DNA from: Solirubrobacterales bacterium
GTDB taxonomy: Bacteria; Actinomycetota; Thermoleophilia; Solirubrobacterales; JACPNS01
Assembly: GCA_049276635.1 (NCBI GenBank)
Contig: JBASWU010000101.1
Coordinates: 6,414-70,413, forward strand
Length of the DNA stretch: 64,000 nt
Direction: 5' to 3'
Below, piece by piece: positions 39,714 to 49,822 of this stretch (position 1 is its first letter; the number at the start of each line of letters is the position of its first letter). A model generated the notes under the pieces. It was not told the DNA's origin. It did no database searches and saw only the letters and a program-made list of their open reading frames with translations. The translations under genes were made by a program, and so were the position numbers.

Positions 39714-39971
39714 AGTAACGAGTTGGGCGCTGTCTCAACGATGGGCTCGGTGAAATTGCAGTCTCGGTGAAGATGCCGAGTACCCGCGGTAAGACGGAAA
39801 GACCCCGTGAACCTTTACTACACCCTGATATTGGAATATGGAGCATTTTGCTCAGGATAGGTGGGAGTCTTTGAAGCGCCGGCTTTGGCTGGCGTGGAGA
39901 CAACCTTGAGATACCACCCTGAATGTTTTGTGTTTCTAACGGCCGGCCGTGAATCCGGCGGCCGAACAGTG

Positions 39972-40005
<34 letters not shown>

Positions 40006-40160
40006 CAAAATGTAACGGAGGCGCACAAAGGTTCCCTCAGCACGGTCGGAAATCGTGCATAGAGTGCAAACGCATTAAGGGAGCTTGACTGTGAGACTGA
40101 CAAGTCGAGCAGGTACGAAAGTAGGTGTTAGTGATCCGGCGGTAGCAAGTGGAAGCGCCG

Positions 40161-40203
<43 letters not shown>

Positions 40204-40235
40204 GAGCCCAAGAGTTCACATCGACGGCTCGGTTT

Positions 40236-40274
<39 letters not shown>

Positions 40275-40275
40275 T

Positions 40276-40309
<34 letters not shown>

Positions 40310-40310
40310 T

Positions 40311-40358
<48 letters not shown>

Positions 40359-40387
40359 TACCGTGGGCGTTGGAGAATTGAGTGGAG

Positions 40388-40418
<31 letters not shown>

Positions 40419-40477
40419 AGACCTCTGGTGTAGCAGTTGTTCTGCCAAGAGCATCGCTGCTTAGCTACGTCTGGACT

Positions 40478-40510
<33 letters not shown>

Positions 40511-40801
40511 AACCACGAGATGAGTTCTCCCACTCCTTTAAGGAGGTAAGAGTCCTGGCAGACCACCAGGTTGATAGGCCGGGTGTGGAAGTGCGGTAAC
40601 GCATGCAGCACACCGGTACTAATCGCTCGAGGGCTTGACGGATATTTTTCATCCTTCGGGATGATCGATGACCATGATCAAACCCAATTTGACGCCACCT
40701 CGTTCTTGCTTGCGTTCTGTGCAGTTTTGAAGGCCCGCGACGGCGGGTCGTTCGGCACCCAACCCGGCCGAGTGACTCGTGTTCGACGTGTACCCTCACC
40801 A

Positions 40802-40921
40802 GTTTCCGGTGGTTATAGCGTTGGGGAAACACCTCTTCCCATTCCGAACAGAGCAGTTAAGCCCAACAGCGCCGATGGTACTTGTCTCGCAAGGGACCGG
40901 GAGAGTAGGACGCCGCCGGTT
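40802..40921 (+). rRNA. rrf: 5S ribosomal RNA
   Basis: gtttccggtggttatagcg...ccgaac...gcgccgatggtact...gggagagtaggacgccgccgg has the typical high-GC Gram-positive 5S sequence. Helix I closes CCGGUGG/CCGCCGG. Confidence 0.9.
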
Positions 40922-40935
40922 TTTACTTTGAACGA

Positions 40936-40960
40936 GGCCGCCCTCCGGGGCGGTCTTTTT
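40936..40960 (+). terminator. rrn operon intrinsic terminator
   Basis: GGCCGCCC-TCCG-GGGCGGTC stem-loop followed by TTTTT. A second 8-bp hairpin CCGGCCGC/GCGGCCGG follows at 40968-40990. Confidence 0.7.
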
Positions 40961-41001
40961 CGTTCCCCCGGCCGCGCTCGTTGCGGCCGGTCGATAGGGT
41001 C

Positions 41002-41814
41002 GTGCTCTTGAGGCTTGAGCACTACATCGTCGACGCGTTCGTCTGCGGTCCGTTCACGGGTAATCCCGCTGCGGTGACCCCACTGGAATACTGGCTCGAC
41101 GACGACATCATGCAGGCGATCGCCGCCGAGAACAACCTCTCGGAAACGGCGTTCTTCGTGCGCACCGCTCACGACGCCTACGATCTGCGCTGGTTTACTC
41201 CGACGGTCGAGATCGACCTGTGTGGTCATGCCACGCTCGCCAGCGCACACGTTCTGATCGCCGAGCTCGATTCGGCCCCGGACGAGCAGCTGTCATTCGC
41301 CACTCGCAGCGGCGAGCTCCGCGTCGCGCTCGAAGCTGATTTGTACGCGATGACGCTTCCGGCGATCACGCCACGCCCGTTAGGCGGTAACGAGCGGCTC
41401 CTGAGCGCGCTAGGCGCGGGCGAGGCCGAGGTATTTTCCGCCAGTGGCGCCGGAGACGTGATTGTCGTGTTTGACGGTGAGGCGACGGTGCGCTCGATCG
41501 ACCCGGATCTGCGCGCGCTCGCCGCCGTGAGCGGCCCGGGTGTCTGCGTTACGGCGCCGGCCGACGAGTTTGACTACGTCACACGGTTGTTCGCACCGAA
41601 TGTCGGCATCGACGAAGACCCCGCGACCGGATCGGCGCAGTGTGGCCTGGCGCCGTACTGGGGACTGCGGCTGGGCAAGTCTGAACTCAGCTGTTTCCAG
41701 GCCTCGGCCCGTGGGGCGGAGCTCGGCGCGAGGTGGGCCGCCGGCGACGACCACGTGACGGTCCTTGGCCGCTGCCGCACTTTCGTGCGCGGGCAGATCG
41801 AACTTCCGAGCTGA
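41002..41814 (+). CDS. PhzF-family (phenazine biosynthesis-like) isomerase
   Basis: VDAFVCGPFTGNPAAV...NLSETAFF...LRWFTP..E..LCGHATLA. Start is ambiguous (GTG 41002 or TTG 41008). Confidence 0.85.
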   Translation: MLLRLEHYIVDAFVCGPFTGNPAAVTPLEYWLDDDIMQAIAAENNLSETAFFVRTAHDAYDLRWFTPTVEIDLCGHATLASAHVLIAELDSAPDEQLSFATRSGELRVALEADLYAMTLPAITPRPLGGNERLLSALGAGEAEVFSASGAGDVIVVFDGEATVRSIDPDLRALAAVSGPGVCVTAPADEFDYVTRLFAPNVGIDEDPATGSAQCGLAPYWGLRLGKSELSCFQASARGAELGARWAAGDDHVTVLGRCRTFVRGQIELPS

Positions 41815-41898
41815 CGTTGAGCGAGATCCACACCAGGCGCCGCCACCGACCGTCGAGCTCGGCGGTGAGGCACTGCCTGGCCGTGAGCGAACGTGCGC

Positions 41899-42195
41899 CT
41901 AGGCGCGGATTCGCGAGCGCGCCCATGCGCGGTTACGAGCGCGCGGCAAGCTGCAGGCAGCGCGGGTGCGCTCGGGCGCGGACCATTCGATGCCGGTTGC
42001 CCAGTCGTCGCTCGACCGGCCGGCCTGAGTGGACGTTGGGTTGGACGCGCCGGTGATGACGCGGTACTCGCCGAGCGTGGCGAAGTCGATTGCGATGTCG
42101 AGGCCGGCGGCGAACGTGCGGGCGGCCCTGTTGTCTGTGGTGAAGAACATATGTTCGTATAGTGCAAGGTCCGCCGGACGGAAAAAGCCGAACAC
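41899..42195 (-). CDS. Hypothetical small protein
   Basis: (GTG)FGFFRPADLALYEHMFFTTDNRAARTFAAGLDIAIDFATLGEYRVITG... has high GC3 over most of its length. No family recognised. The Arg-rich C-terminus looks poor, so its extent is uncertain. Confidence 0.35.
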   Translation of the reverse strand: MFGFFRPADLALYEHMFFTTDNRAARTFAAGLDIAIDFATLGEYRVITGASNPTSTQAGRSSDDWATGIEWSAPERTRAACSLPRARNRAWARSRIRA

Positions 42196-42210
42196 GTGTT
42201 CGGGCGTTGA

Positions 42211-42588
42211 ATGTGGAACGCGTTGATGAGTCTCGAACCCGACATCCGGGCATGTTCATGGTGCGGCAGGGATCTCGGCCCCGACGCTGGTTTTGAGTTG
42301 ACCGACCTCTCAACTCGGCAGCGAGTCGCGTTTTGCCGGCTGGAACACGTTGTGCCGTGGGTGATGCGAGGCGGCGTGCGAGAGCGGGGGGTGGTCGTCA
42401 AAGTCGACGGTCCGCCGAGCGGCGCCGTCGCCGCCGAACAGACGTGCGCGAGTTGTTCTGCGGCATTGGCATCCACTGCGGTTTGGCTCGAGCAGCGGCG
42501 GGCGGGACGGCTGGTGATCGACGGATTCTGCGATCTCGATCACGCGCGGGCCTGGGCCAGCGGCGGTGGCCGGTGGCGCGCTCGTTGA
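42211..42588 (+). CDS. Small protein with two tandem CxxC-x(22-23)-FCxxxH-x3-W-x3-GG modules; putative metal-binding, TRASH/YHS-like
   Basis: Half 1 is CSWCGRDLGPDAGFELTDLSTRQRVAFCRLEHVVPWVMRGG. Half 2 is CASCSAALASTAVWLEQRRAGRLVIDGFCDLDHARAWASGG. Possible alternative start at 42226. Confidence 0.6.
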   Translation: MWNALMSLEPDIRACSWCGRDLGPDAGFELTDLSTRQRVAFCRLEHVVPWVMRGGVRERGVVVKVDGPPSGAVAAEQTCASCSAALASTAVWLEQRRAGRLVIDGFCDLDHARAWASGGGRWRAR

Positions 42589-42769
42589 CGGGGATGCAAG
42601 CGACACGCGCTCGCAGGGGCCGGTTGAACGTTTTAAAAAGGGTTCGGCCGGCGATCGATCGAATAACCAAGCAGTGCGTGTTACGCTAGAAAAACCCCTC
42701 GATTTTCGGGCAAAACGCGGGAAACCCGGGCCGCAAACCACCGATCGGGAAGCGGTCGGAAACTCTAAA

Positions 42770-44068
42770 ATGCAAAAGCTTGTCATAGAAGGCGGCCAAC
42801 CGCTCTCCGGCACGGTCGTGCCCGCCGGCAACAAGAATGCCGCGCTGCCGTGCATCGCGGCGGCACTGCTGACCGAAGATGAAGTCGTGCTCGAGAATGT
42901 GCCGCGGATTCGCGATGTCGACGCGATGGTCTCACTGCTGGAGAACCTCGGCGTCACGGCCGAATGGCGCGGCGATCATGAACTTTTGCTGAATGCCTCG
43001 GCCGTCGACGACCAGGACGTCGACGAGGAGCTCGCCGTTCGGATCCGCGCTTCATTCCTGCTCGTCGGCCCGCTGCTGGCTCGTTTCGGCCGCGTAGAGA
43101 TGCCGCCGCCGGGCGGCGACGTTATCGGTCGCCGGCGGCTGGATCCGCACCTCGACGCCTTTCGGGCGCTCGGCGCCGAGGTCGAAGTTGACCGCTGGAT
43201 GACGATTAGCGCTCCGGTCGGCCTGCGCGCCGCGGACTTCATGATGGACGAGCCGTCGGTGATGGCGACCGAAAACGCTCTGCTCGCCGCATCGATGACA
43301 CCGGGCGAGACGATCATCCGCAATGCCGCCAGCGAGCCCCACGTTCAGAATCTAGCGCGGATGCTTGTCGCGATGGGGGCTCAGATCGACGGCATCGGTT
43401 CCAACGTGATGCACGTACACGGCTGCGACCGCCTGCGCGGCACTCGCCACAGGATCGGCCCAGACCACATCGAGGTCGGCAGTTTTATCGCGCTGGCGGC
43501 CGCCACCCGCGGCGAGCTGCGGATCAAGAACGCCTCACCCGAGGATCTGCGCATGACGCGACTCGGTTTCGAGCGGCTCGGCGTCGAGGTCCGGCTGGAC
43601 GGCGATGACGTACTCGTTCCCGCCGAGCAGGAAATGATCGTCAGAAACGACGCCGGCGAGATGATGTCTAAGATTGAGGACGGCCCCTGGCCGGCGTTTC
43701 CCGCCGACCTCACGAGCATCGCGCTCGCGCTGGCCACCCAGTCTCACGGCAGCGTGATGATCCACGAGAAGATGTTTGAGAACCGCCTGTTTTTTGTCGA
43801 CAAGCTCGTCGCGATGGGCGCGAACATCACGCTCTGCGATCCGCATCGCGCGATCGTGATCGGACGCGCGCGACTGCGCGGCGAGCGGCTTGAAAGCCCG
43901 GACATCCGGGCCGGCATGGCGCTTTTGATCGCCGCGCTGTGCGCGGATGGAGTCAGCGAGATCGGCAACATCTCGCAGATCGACCGCGGCTATGAGAAAA
44001 TAGACGAGCGTCTGCGTGATCTCGGCGCTCACATCGAGCGCGTCGCCACCGAGCCGGTTCACGCCTAG
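42770..44068 (+). CDS. murA: UDP-N-acetylglucosamine 1-carboxyvinyltransferase
   Basis: MQKLVIEGGQPLSGTVVPAGNKNAALPCIAAALLT...; EPSP-synthase fold; ...IERVA C-terminus. The upstream ORF extension from 42566 is non-coding. Confidence 0.95.
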   Translation: MQKLVIEGGQPLSGTVVPAGNKNAALPCIAAALLTEDEVVLENVPRIRDVDAMVSLLENLGVTAEWRGDHELLLNASAVDDQDVDEELAVRIRASFLLVGPLLARFGRVEMPPPGGDVIGRRRLDPHLDAFRALGAEVEVDRWMTISAPVGLRAADFMMDEPSVMATENALLAASMTPGETIIRNAASEPHVQNLARMLVAMGAQIDGIGSNVMHVHGCDRLRGTRHRIGPDHIEVGSFIALAAATRGELRIKNASPEDLRMTRLGFERLGVEVRLDGDDVLVPAEQEMIVRNDAGEMMSKIEDGPWPAFPADLTSIALALATQSHGSVMIHEKMFENRLFFVDKLVAMGANITLCDPHRAIVIGRARLRGERLESPDIRAGMALLIAALCADGVSEIGNISQIDRGYEKIDERLRDLGAHIERVATEPVHA

Positions 44069-44080
44069 GAGGTCCGCGAG

Positions 44081-45100
44081 ATGAACGGACCGCAGTCGAA
44101 CGAGCCCGCGTTCGCGGCCGGAGCACGGTCTGAAACGATCCCCGTGCCCACCGGCACGCGTGATGTTCTGCCCGAGGAGATGGCCGAGTTACGCGCGATT
44201 TCGGCCAACGTGCTCACGGCGTTCACCGCCGCCGGGTATGGCGAAGTTGCCACGCCGGGCCTGGAGTTTGAAGAGACGATGCGAATCGGCGATCCCGACG
44301 CGTCGGATCGCGTCTACCGCGTTCCCGACAAGGACGGCAAGGTTCTTGTTGCTCGCTTCGATTCCACTATTCCGATCGCCCGGCTCGCCGCGACGCGTTA
44401 TCGCGACGCCGTGCCACCGCTTCGCTTCTGTTACCTACAGCACGTTTACCGGCCGATCGAGCCCAAGCGCGCTCAATCGCGCGAGTTTCTGCAGATCGGC
44501 ATGGAGCTGCTCGGACTGCCGGCGCCGGCCGGAGATGCCGAGGCGATCAAACTGCTGACCGTCGTGCTCGAGGCGGCCGGGCTCAGCGACTTCAAAATCG
44601 CGATCGGCGATGTCGGGTTCTTCACGCGATTGCTGGACACCGCCGGAGGTAATCGCTCGATATCGCCGGTTACTCGCGCGGCCGTTTTGCATGAACTTCA
44701 GACTCGCGATCTCGTCGGTCTGGGGCGAGAGCTCGACGCCTCCGACGAGATCGCCTCCGCCAACCGCGCGCGACTCACCGAAGTCGCGGCCGCGAGAGGG
44801 GATCGTGAGTTGCTCGATCGCTTCGGCGCCGAGCGATTGATCTCGCTCGACGACCTGCTGCGGGCCGCCGGCGTCGCCGATCGCGTGATCTACGACCTCG
44901 GGCTCGTGCGCTCACTGAATTACTACACCGGAACCGTTCTCGAGATATACACGCCGTCGAGCGGCTTTCCGATCGGTGGTGGCGGGCGCTACGACGACTT
45001 GGTCGCGCGGTTTGGGCGCGACCTCGCGGCGTTCGGATTCGCGTTGAACATGGAACGTCTGCACCTCGCCGCGCTCGCCGAACAGGAGGCGGCATCGTGA
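44081..45100 (+). CDS. hisZ: ATP phosphoribosyltransferase regulatory subunit (HisS paralogue)
   Basis: Class II aaRS-like core (PTGTRDVLPEE, Y..P.FRY, F.Q.G.E..G, GGGRYD) with no anticodon-binding domain. 339 aa. Overlaps the short hisG by 4 nt. Confidence 0.85.
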   Translation: MNGPQSNEPAFAAGARSETIPVPTGTRDVLPEEMAELRAISANVLTAFTAAGYGEVATPGLEFEETMRIGDPDASDRVYRVPDKDGKVLVARFDSTIPIARLAATRYRDAVPPLRFCYLQHVYRPIEPKRAQSREFLQIGMELLGLPAPAGDAEAIKLLTVVLEAAGLSDFKIAIGDVGFFTRLLDTAGGNRSISPVTRAAVLHELQTRDLVGLGRELDASDEIASANRARLTEVAAARGDRELLDRFGAERLISLDDLLRAAGVADRVIYDLGLVRSLNYYTGTVLEIYTPSSGFPIGGGGRYDDLVARFGRDLAAFGFALNMERLHLAALAEQEAAS

Positions 45101-45747
45101 CTCGCCGCCGGGTAATCGCCGCCGTGCCGCGCGGAACCCTGATGCCGGGGTCGCTGGACCTGCTGGAAGCGGTGGGCTATGACGTCGACGAGGTTCGCCG
45201 CAACGATCGCAAACTGTTTTTCGACGACCAGGGCTTGATCACCATGCGGCCCAGCGACGTTCCGACCTACGTCGAACGCGGCGTCGCCGACATCGGGATC
45301 GCCGGCAAGGACGTCTTGATGGAACAGTCTGATCGTGACCTGTACGAGCTCGTCGACCTGGGTTTCGGCGCGTGCAGCATGGTCGTGGCCATTCCAGAGG
45401 CTCAAACCGCGAAAAGCGATGAGAGTTCTCGCCGTCGCGGGACGCTGCGGATCGCGACCAAGTACCCGCGGATCACCGAGCGGTACTTCGCTTCGACCGG
45501 GCGTCAGGTCGAGCTCGTCGAAGTGAAAGGTTCGGTCGAACTGGCGGCGATCGCCGGAATGGCCGATGCGATCGTCGACCTGACCGCCACCGGCGCGACG
45601 TTGCGGGAAAACGGCCTCGTCGTCAGCGAGGAGATCGCCCGCTGCACGGCGCGACTGATCGCCAACCCAGGTTCATACCGCCTGAAGTCCGACGCGATCG
45701 ACGCTGTCGTCGCCGACCTACGTCGGTTGCTGGCGACCGCTGTCTGA
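45097..45747 (+). CDS. hisG: ATP phosphoribosyltransferase, short form
   Basis: 216 aa. ...RPSDVPTYVERGVADIGIAGKDVL.E...LRIATKYP....YF...G....VE.KGSVELA...G.ADAIVDL..TG.TLREN.L. It lacks the C-terminal regulatory domain of long HisG. Confidence 0.9.
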   Translation: MTRRRVIAAVPRGTLMPGSLDLLEAVGYDVDEVRRNDRKLFFDDQGLITMRPSDVPTYVERGVADIGIAGKDVLMEQSDRDLYELVDLGFGACSMVVAIPEAQTAKSDESSRRRGTLRIATKYPRITERYFASTGRQVELVEVKGSVELAAIAGMADAIVDLTATGATLRENGLVVSEEIARCTARLIANPGSYRLKSDAIDAVVADLRRLLATAV

Positions 45748-45756
45748 GGGTGTGAG

Positions 45757-47001
45757 ATGCCGGTCAAGCGGTTTCCCAGCGATGCGACGGCGGCAGAGAT
45801 CCGTTCACTCTCGCCTGATCCGCCGGTGACGGAGGTCGCCGAGATTTTGAGCGAGGTCAAGGCTGGAGGGGATCGCGCGGTGCTGGAGTTTGAACACCGT
45901 TTCGCCGGAGCGCCGCTACCGGCGCCGGACGCTCGCCTCGCGGTCGTCGACCCGGAGTTCGTCGCCGGGGCGCCAGGCAGGATCAACTCCGAACTGCGCG
46001 CGGCACTTGAGCTGGCGATCGAAAATGTCTCGTCTGTGGCGAGGTCCCAGATCGACGGCGATCAGAAGATCGACCTGCCGCAGGGACAGACGCTCGAGTA
46101 TGTCGGGGTGCCGTTGGCGCGCGCCGGCGTATACGTTCCGGGCGGACGAGGCGCGTACCCCTCGACGGCTGTGATGTGTCTCGCAACGGCGCGTGCGGCC
46201 GGGGTTGAATCGATCTGCGTGGTGAGTCCGGCCCGTGCGCAGGGCGAGGTCGATCCGACCGTGGCCGCCGTCTGTGCGTTGCTTGAGGTCAACGAGCTTT
46301 ACGCGATCGGCGGCGCTCAGGCTGTCGCCGCGCTCGGTTTCGGCACGGAGACGATGGCCGCCGTCGACGTAATCGTCGGTCCGGGAAACTCGTACGTCCA
46401 GGAGGCCAAGCGCCAGCTCGTCGGCCGCGTCGGGATCGACGGCGTCGCCGGTCCGAGCGAACTGGTCGTGGTCGCCGACGAGCACGCCGATCCGCGGGCG
46501 ATCGCCCTGGATCTCCTCGCCCAAGGCGAACACGGCCCCGATTCTCTGGTCGTACTCGTGTCTCCCGATCCAGCGGTGCTCGACGACGTGATCGAGCGCA
46601 GCGGCGGGATCGGCGCGGAGATGGCCGTCGTGCTCGCCCACGACATCGAGAGCGCGGTCGCGCTGGCCGACGCAATCGCGCCCGAGCACCTGCAGATTTC
46701 GACCGACCAGGAGACGGCCCGTCGTCTCGCCGATTCAGTCACGCGAGCCGGTTGCGTCTTTCTCGGGCCAAACGGAGCCACCGCGTTCGGCGATTACGTC
46801 GCCGGTTCGAACCACGTTTTGCCGACCGGCGGCGCGGCGCGCTATGCGAGCGCGCTCTCGGCGACTACCTTTCGACGACGAACGGCCCGGGTGACGATTT
46901 CGGATTCGGCCCTCGTCCCGCTGGCGCGCGCAGGAGCGATGATCGCCCACGCCGAAGGGTTCTCTCTGCACGCTAAGTCGATGGAAGCGAGGAACAAATA
47001 A
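45757..47001 (+). CDS. hisD: Histidinol dehydrogenase
   Basis: YVPGGRGAYPSTAVM, IGGAQAVAA...GT, GPGN.YV..AK, AGPSE and QGEH motifs. Confidence 0.95.
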   Translation: MPVKRFPSDATAAEIRSLSPDPPVTEVAEILSEVKAGGDRAVLEFEHRFAGAPLPAPDARLAVVDPEFVAGAPGRINSELRAALELAIENVSSVARSQIDGDQKIDLPQGQTLEYVGVPLARAGVYVPGGRGAYPSTAVMCLATARAAGVESICVVSPARAQGEVDPTVAAVCALLEVNELYAIGGAQAVAALGFGTETMAAVDVIVGPGNSYVQEAKRQLVGRVGIDGVAGPSELVVVADEHADPRAIALDLLAQGEHGPDSLVVLVSPDPAVLDDVIERSGGIGAEMAVVLAHDIESAVALADAIAPEHLQISTDQETARRLADSVTRAGCVFLGPNGATAFGDYVAGSNHVLPTGGAARYASALSATTFRRRTARVTISDSALVPLARAGAMIAHAEGFSLHAKSMEARNK

Positions 47002-47598
47002 ATGAGCAGAACTGCGGAGATCGATCGCAAGACCGGCGAGACCGAGGTCAGGCTGTCGGTCGATCTCGACGGGCAGGGCGGCGGTGTGCGCCAGACCGGG
47101 ATCGGATTTCTCGATCACATGCTCGATCTTTTTGCTCGGCACGGGCATTTCGACCTGACCGTCGCCGCGAGCGGCGATCTGGAGACCGGCGCCCATCACA
47201 CGGTCGAGGATGTCGGAATCGTGCTCGGCCGGGCCTTCGACGAGGCGCTCGGCGACCGCTCGGGCATCGCTCGCTACGCGACGGCGACGATTCCGATGGA
47301 CGAGGCGAGGGCGACCTGCTCGATCGACATTTCAGGGCGACCGTTCGTCGCCTTCGATCCCGGCGACCTGCCGCAGGTGAAGGTCGGCGATTTCGACAGC
47401 GAATTGACCGAGGAATTCCTGCGCGCCTTCGCGAACAACTCGAATCTGACCATGCACCTCGCGATCGAAGCAGGCAGTAACGCCCATCACATGATCGAGG
47501 CCTCGTTCAAGGCGCTCGCCAGAGCGCTGCGTTGTGCGGTCGCGATCGACCCCGACCAGACCGGTATTCCGTCGACCAAGGGAACGCTCACGAAATGA
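47002..47598 (+). CDS. hisB: Imidazoleglycerol-phosphate dehydratase
   Basis: R.TGETEV...DLDG.G......TGIGFLDHML..FARHG.FDL...A.GDLE...HHT.ED.GI..G... with the H.IEA.FKA.ARAL motifs. Confidence 0.95.
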   Translation: MSRTAEIDRKTGETEVRLSVDLDGQGGGVRQTGIGFLDHMLDLFARHGHFDLTVAASGDLETGAHHTVEDVGIVLGRAFDEALGDRSGIARYATATIPMDEARATCSIDISGRPFVAFDPGDLPQVKVGDFDSELTEEFLRAFANNSNLTMHLAIEAGSNAHHMIEASFKALARALRCAVAIDPDQTGIPSTKGTLTK

Positions 47599-48272
47599 AT
47601 TCGCCCCCGGTGGCCGGCCGGCCGGCGACGACCGGGCAGGGGATCGAGATCGCGATTCTCGACTACGGGATGGGGAATCTCCGTTCCGTCGAAAAGGCGC
47701 TCGAACACGTTGGCGCCGAGGCGCTGATCACTTCGGACGCCGGCCGGGCGCGGGCCGCCGACGGTTTGATCCTGCCGGGGGTGGGCGCTTTTCCCGAGGC
47801 GATGCGGCGGATTCGCGCGGCGCGATTCGACGAGCTGATCGGGGAGATGCTGGGCTCGGGGACCCCCGTCCTCGGGATCTGTCTCGGAATGCAGCTGCTG
47901 TTCGAGAGTTCCGCCGAACACGAAGGCGCTTGGGGCTTGGGCCTGCTGCAGGGCCGGATCGAGTTGCTTGACGCCGACGACCTGAAGGTGCCGCAGCTCG
48001 GCTGGAACGAGGTTCGCTGGCGCCGTTCATCGCCGTTGACGGTGGGTATTCCGAATCCGGGATACTTCTACTTTGCGAACTCCTATTCGGCGAGCGTCGT
48101 AAACCACAGCGATGTCCTTGGATCGTCCGACTACGGGCAGCCCTTTGTCGCCGTCGTCGAGAAGGCACCACTTTACGGAGCGCAGTTTCATCCGGAGAAG
48201 TCCAGCGTCCACGGCCTCGGGATGTTGGCGAACTTCGCCGCGATCTGCGCCTCGGCCAAGCGCGAGGTCTAG
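47595..48272 (+). CDS. hisH: Imidazole glycerol phosphate synthase, glutamine amidotransferase subunit
   Basis: IAILDYGMGNLRSVEKALEHVGA...LPGVGAF...GICLGMQLLF...QFHPEKS. ATGA overlap with hisB. Confidence 0.9.
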   Translation: MNSPPVAGRPATTGQGIEIAILDYGMGNLRSVEKALEHVGAEALITSDAGRARAADGLILPGVGAFPEAMRRIRAARFDELIGEMLGSGTPVLGICLGMQLLFESSAEHEGAWGLGLLQGRIELLDADDLKVPQLGWNEVRWRRSSPLTVGIPNPGYFYFANSYSASVVNHSDVLGSSDYGQPFVAVVEKAPLYGAQFHPEKSSVHGLGMLANFAAICASAKREV

Positions 48273-48278
48273 ATCGTT

Positions 48279-49010
48279 TTGTATCTCCTTCCGGCAATCG
48301 ACATTCGCGACGGCAAGGCCGTGCGCCTGACGCAGGGCGACTACGACCGCGAGCGGATCTATCACGATGATCCGCTCGACGCCGCGCTCGGCTGGGTGGC
48401 CGCCGGTGCGACGCACCTACACGTGGTCGACCTCGACGGCGCGCGCGACGGTCGGCGCCGCAACATCGGGCATTTGCGCAGAATCGCCGACGAGGTAGGC
48501 ATACCGGTGCAGTACGGCGGAGGGCTACGCGACCTCGATGCGATCGACGCCGCACTCGGGGTCGGCGCGTGGCGCGCCGTCATCGGCACCGCCGCGTTCC
48601 GGGACCGCGCGCTGGTGCGCGCAGCGATTCAGCAGTTCGGCGACCGGATCGTCGTCTCGGCCGACGCGCGCAACGGCCGCATCGCCGCCGAAGGCTGGAC
48701 CGAGGCGACGGAGCTCGAAGCGACCGACGCCGTCGAGCGGCTGCGAGGGGAGGGGGTCGAGACCTTCGTCTACACCGACATCGCCCGCGACGGAATGCTC
48801 ACCGGCCCGGATTTCGACGGCCTCGCCGCTATCGGCGAGGCGGCCGGCAGCGGCTCGGTGATCGCGTCCGGCGGGGTCGGAGAGATCGACCACCTGCGAC
48901 GGCTGCGGGCGCTCGGCCAGCCTAACCTTGTCGCCGTAATCGCCGGGAAGGCGCTGTACGAGCGGCGCTTCACGATCGAACAGGCACACTCGGCGCTGAG
49001 CGGTGCGTAG
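48279..49010 (+). CDS. hisA: ProFAR isomerase; may be the bifunctional PriA type if the host is an actinobacterium
   Basis: LLPAIDIRDGKAVRL.QGDY........DP...A..W...GA..LH.VDLDGA...; ..SGG.G. TTG start. HisA versus PriA cannot be decided from sequence reading alone. Confidence 0.9.
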   Translation: MYLLPAIDIRDGKAVRLTQGDYDRERIYHDDPLDAALGWVAAGATHLHVVDLDGARDGRRRNIGHLRRIADEVGIPVQYGGGLRDLDAIDAALGVGAWRAVIGTAAFRDRALVRAAIQQFGDRIVVSADARNGRIAAEGWTEATELEATDAVERLRGEGVETFVYTDIARDGMLTGPDFDGLAAIGEAAGSGSVIASGGVGEIDHLRRLRALGQPNLVAVIAGKALYERRFTIEQAHSALSGA

Positions 49011-49035
49011 GTCTCGGCCCTAACATCTGTTGCCG

Positions 49036-49812
49036 ATGCCGCCGCTAAAGAGAGTTATTGCCTGCCTGGACGTCGACGGTGGACGCGTCGTCAAGGGCAC
49101 GAACTTCGTTGATCTGCGCGATGCCGGCGACCCGGTGGAACTGGCCGAACGCTACGACCTTGAGGGCGCCGACGAGGTCGTCTTCCTCGACATCACCGCC
49201 ACCCACCACGAGCGCGACACGATCGTCGAGCTCGCGCGGCGCACCGCCGACAACGTCTTCATCCCCTTCACGATCGGTGGCGGAATTCGCTCCGTCGAAG
49301 ACGCCCAGGCGGTACTCGACGCCGGCGCCGACAAGATCGCGATCAACTCGGCGGCGGTACGGCGCCCGGGCCTAATCGGCGAACTCGCAGAGGTGTTCGG
49401 CAGTCAGTGTGTCGTCGTCGCGATCGACGCGAAGCGAACCCGCAGCGGAAACGGCATATCGCCCTGGGAGGTGTTCACCGCCGGCGGACGTCATGCGACC
49501 GGGCTCGACGCCGTCGCCTGGGCGATCGAATCCGCTGGCCGCGGCGCCGGCGAGATTCTGCTCACGAGCATGGATCGCGATGGAACCAAGGACGGCTACG
49601 ACCTAGAACTTACGTGCGCCGTCGCCGACGCGGTGCCGGTTCCCGTGATCGCCTCCGGCGGCGCCGGCAAGCTCGGCGATCTCGTCGCCGGCGTCACCGT
49701 GGGGCACGCCGACGCGGTCCTGGTCGCTTCGCTCTTTCACTTCGGTGAATGCACCGTCCACGAAGCCAAGGACGCGATCGCGTCCGCCGGGATCGCGGTG
49801 CGCCGGAGCTGA
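49036..49812 (+). CDS. hisF: Imidazole glycerol phosphate synthase, cyclase subunit
   Basis: [34 protein letters not shown]...GADE.VFLDITA...; TIGGGIR; ...SGGAG. Start is ATG 49036 or TTG 49030. Confidence 0.95.
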   Translation: MPPLKRVIACLDVDGGRVVKGTNFVDLRDAGDPVELAERYDLEGADEVVFLDITATHHERDTIVELARRTADNVFIPFTIGGGIRSVEDAQAVLDAGADKIAINSAAVRRPGLIGELAEVFGSQCVVVAIDAKRTRSGNGISPWEVFTAGGRHATGLDAVAWAIESAGRGAGEILLTSMDRDGTKDGYDLELTCAVADAVPVPVIASGGAGKLGDLVAGVTVGHADAVLVASLFHFGECTVHEAKDAIASAGIAVRRS

Positions 49813-49822
49813 GACGTGCGCC

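Noticed and set aside
41574-42476. 300-aa minus-strand ORF spanning the PhzF 3' end and the Cys-motif protein
   Set aside because: It is low-complexity (R/P/S/T/A-rich). It overlaps two better-supported genes on both sides and has no recognisable domain.
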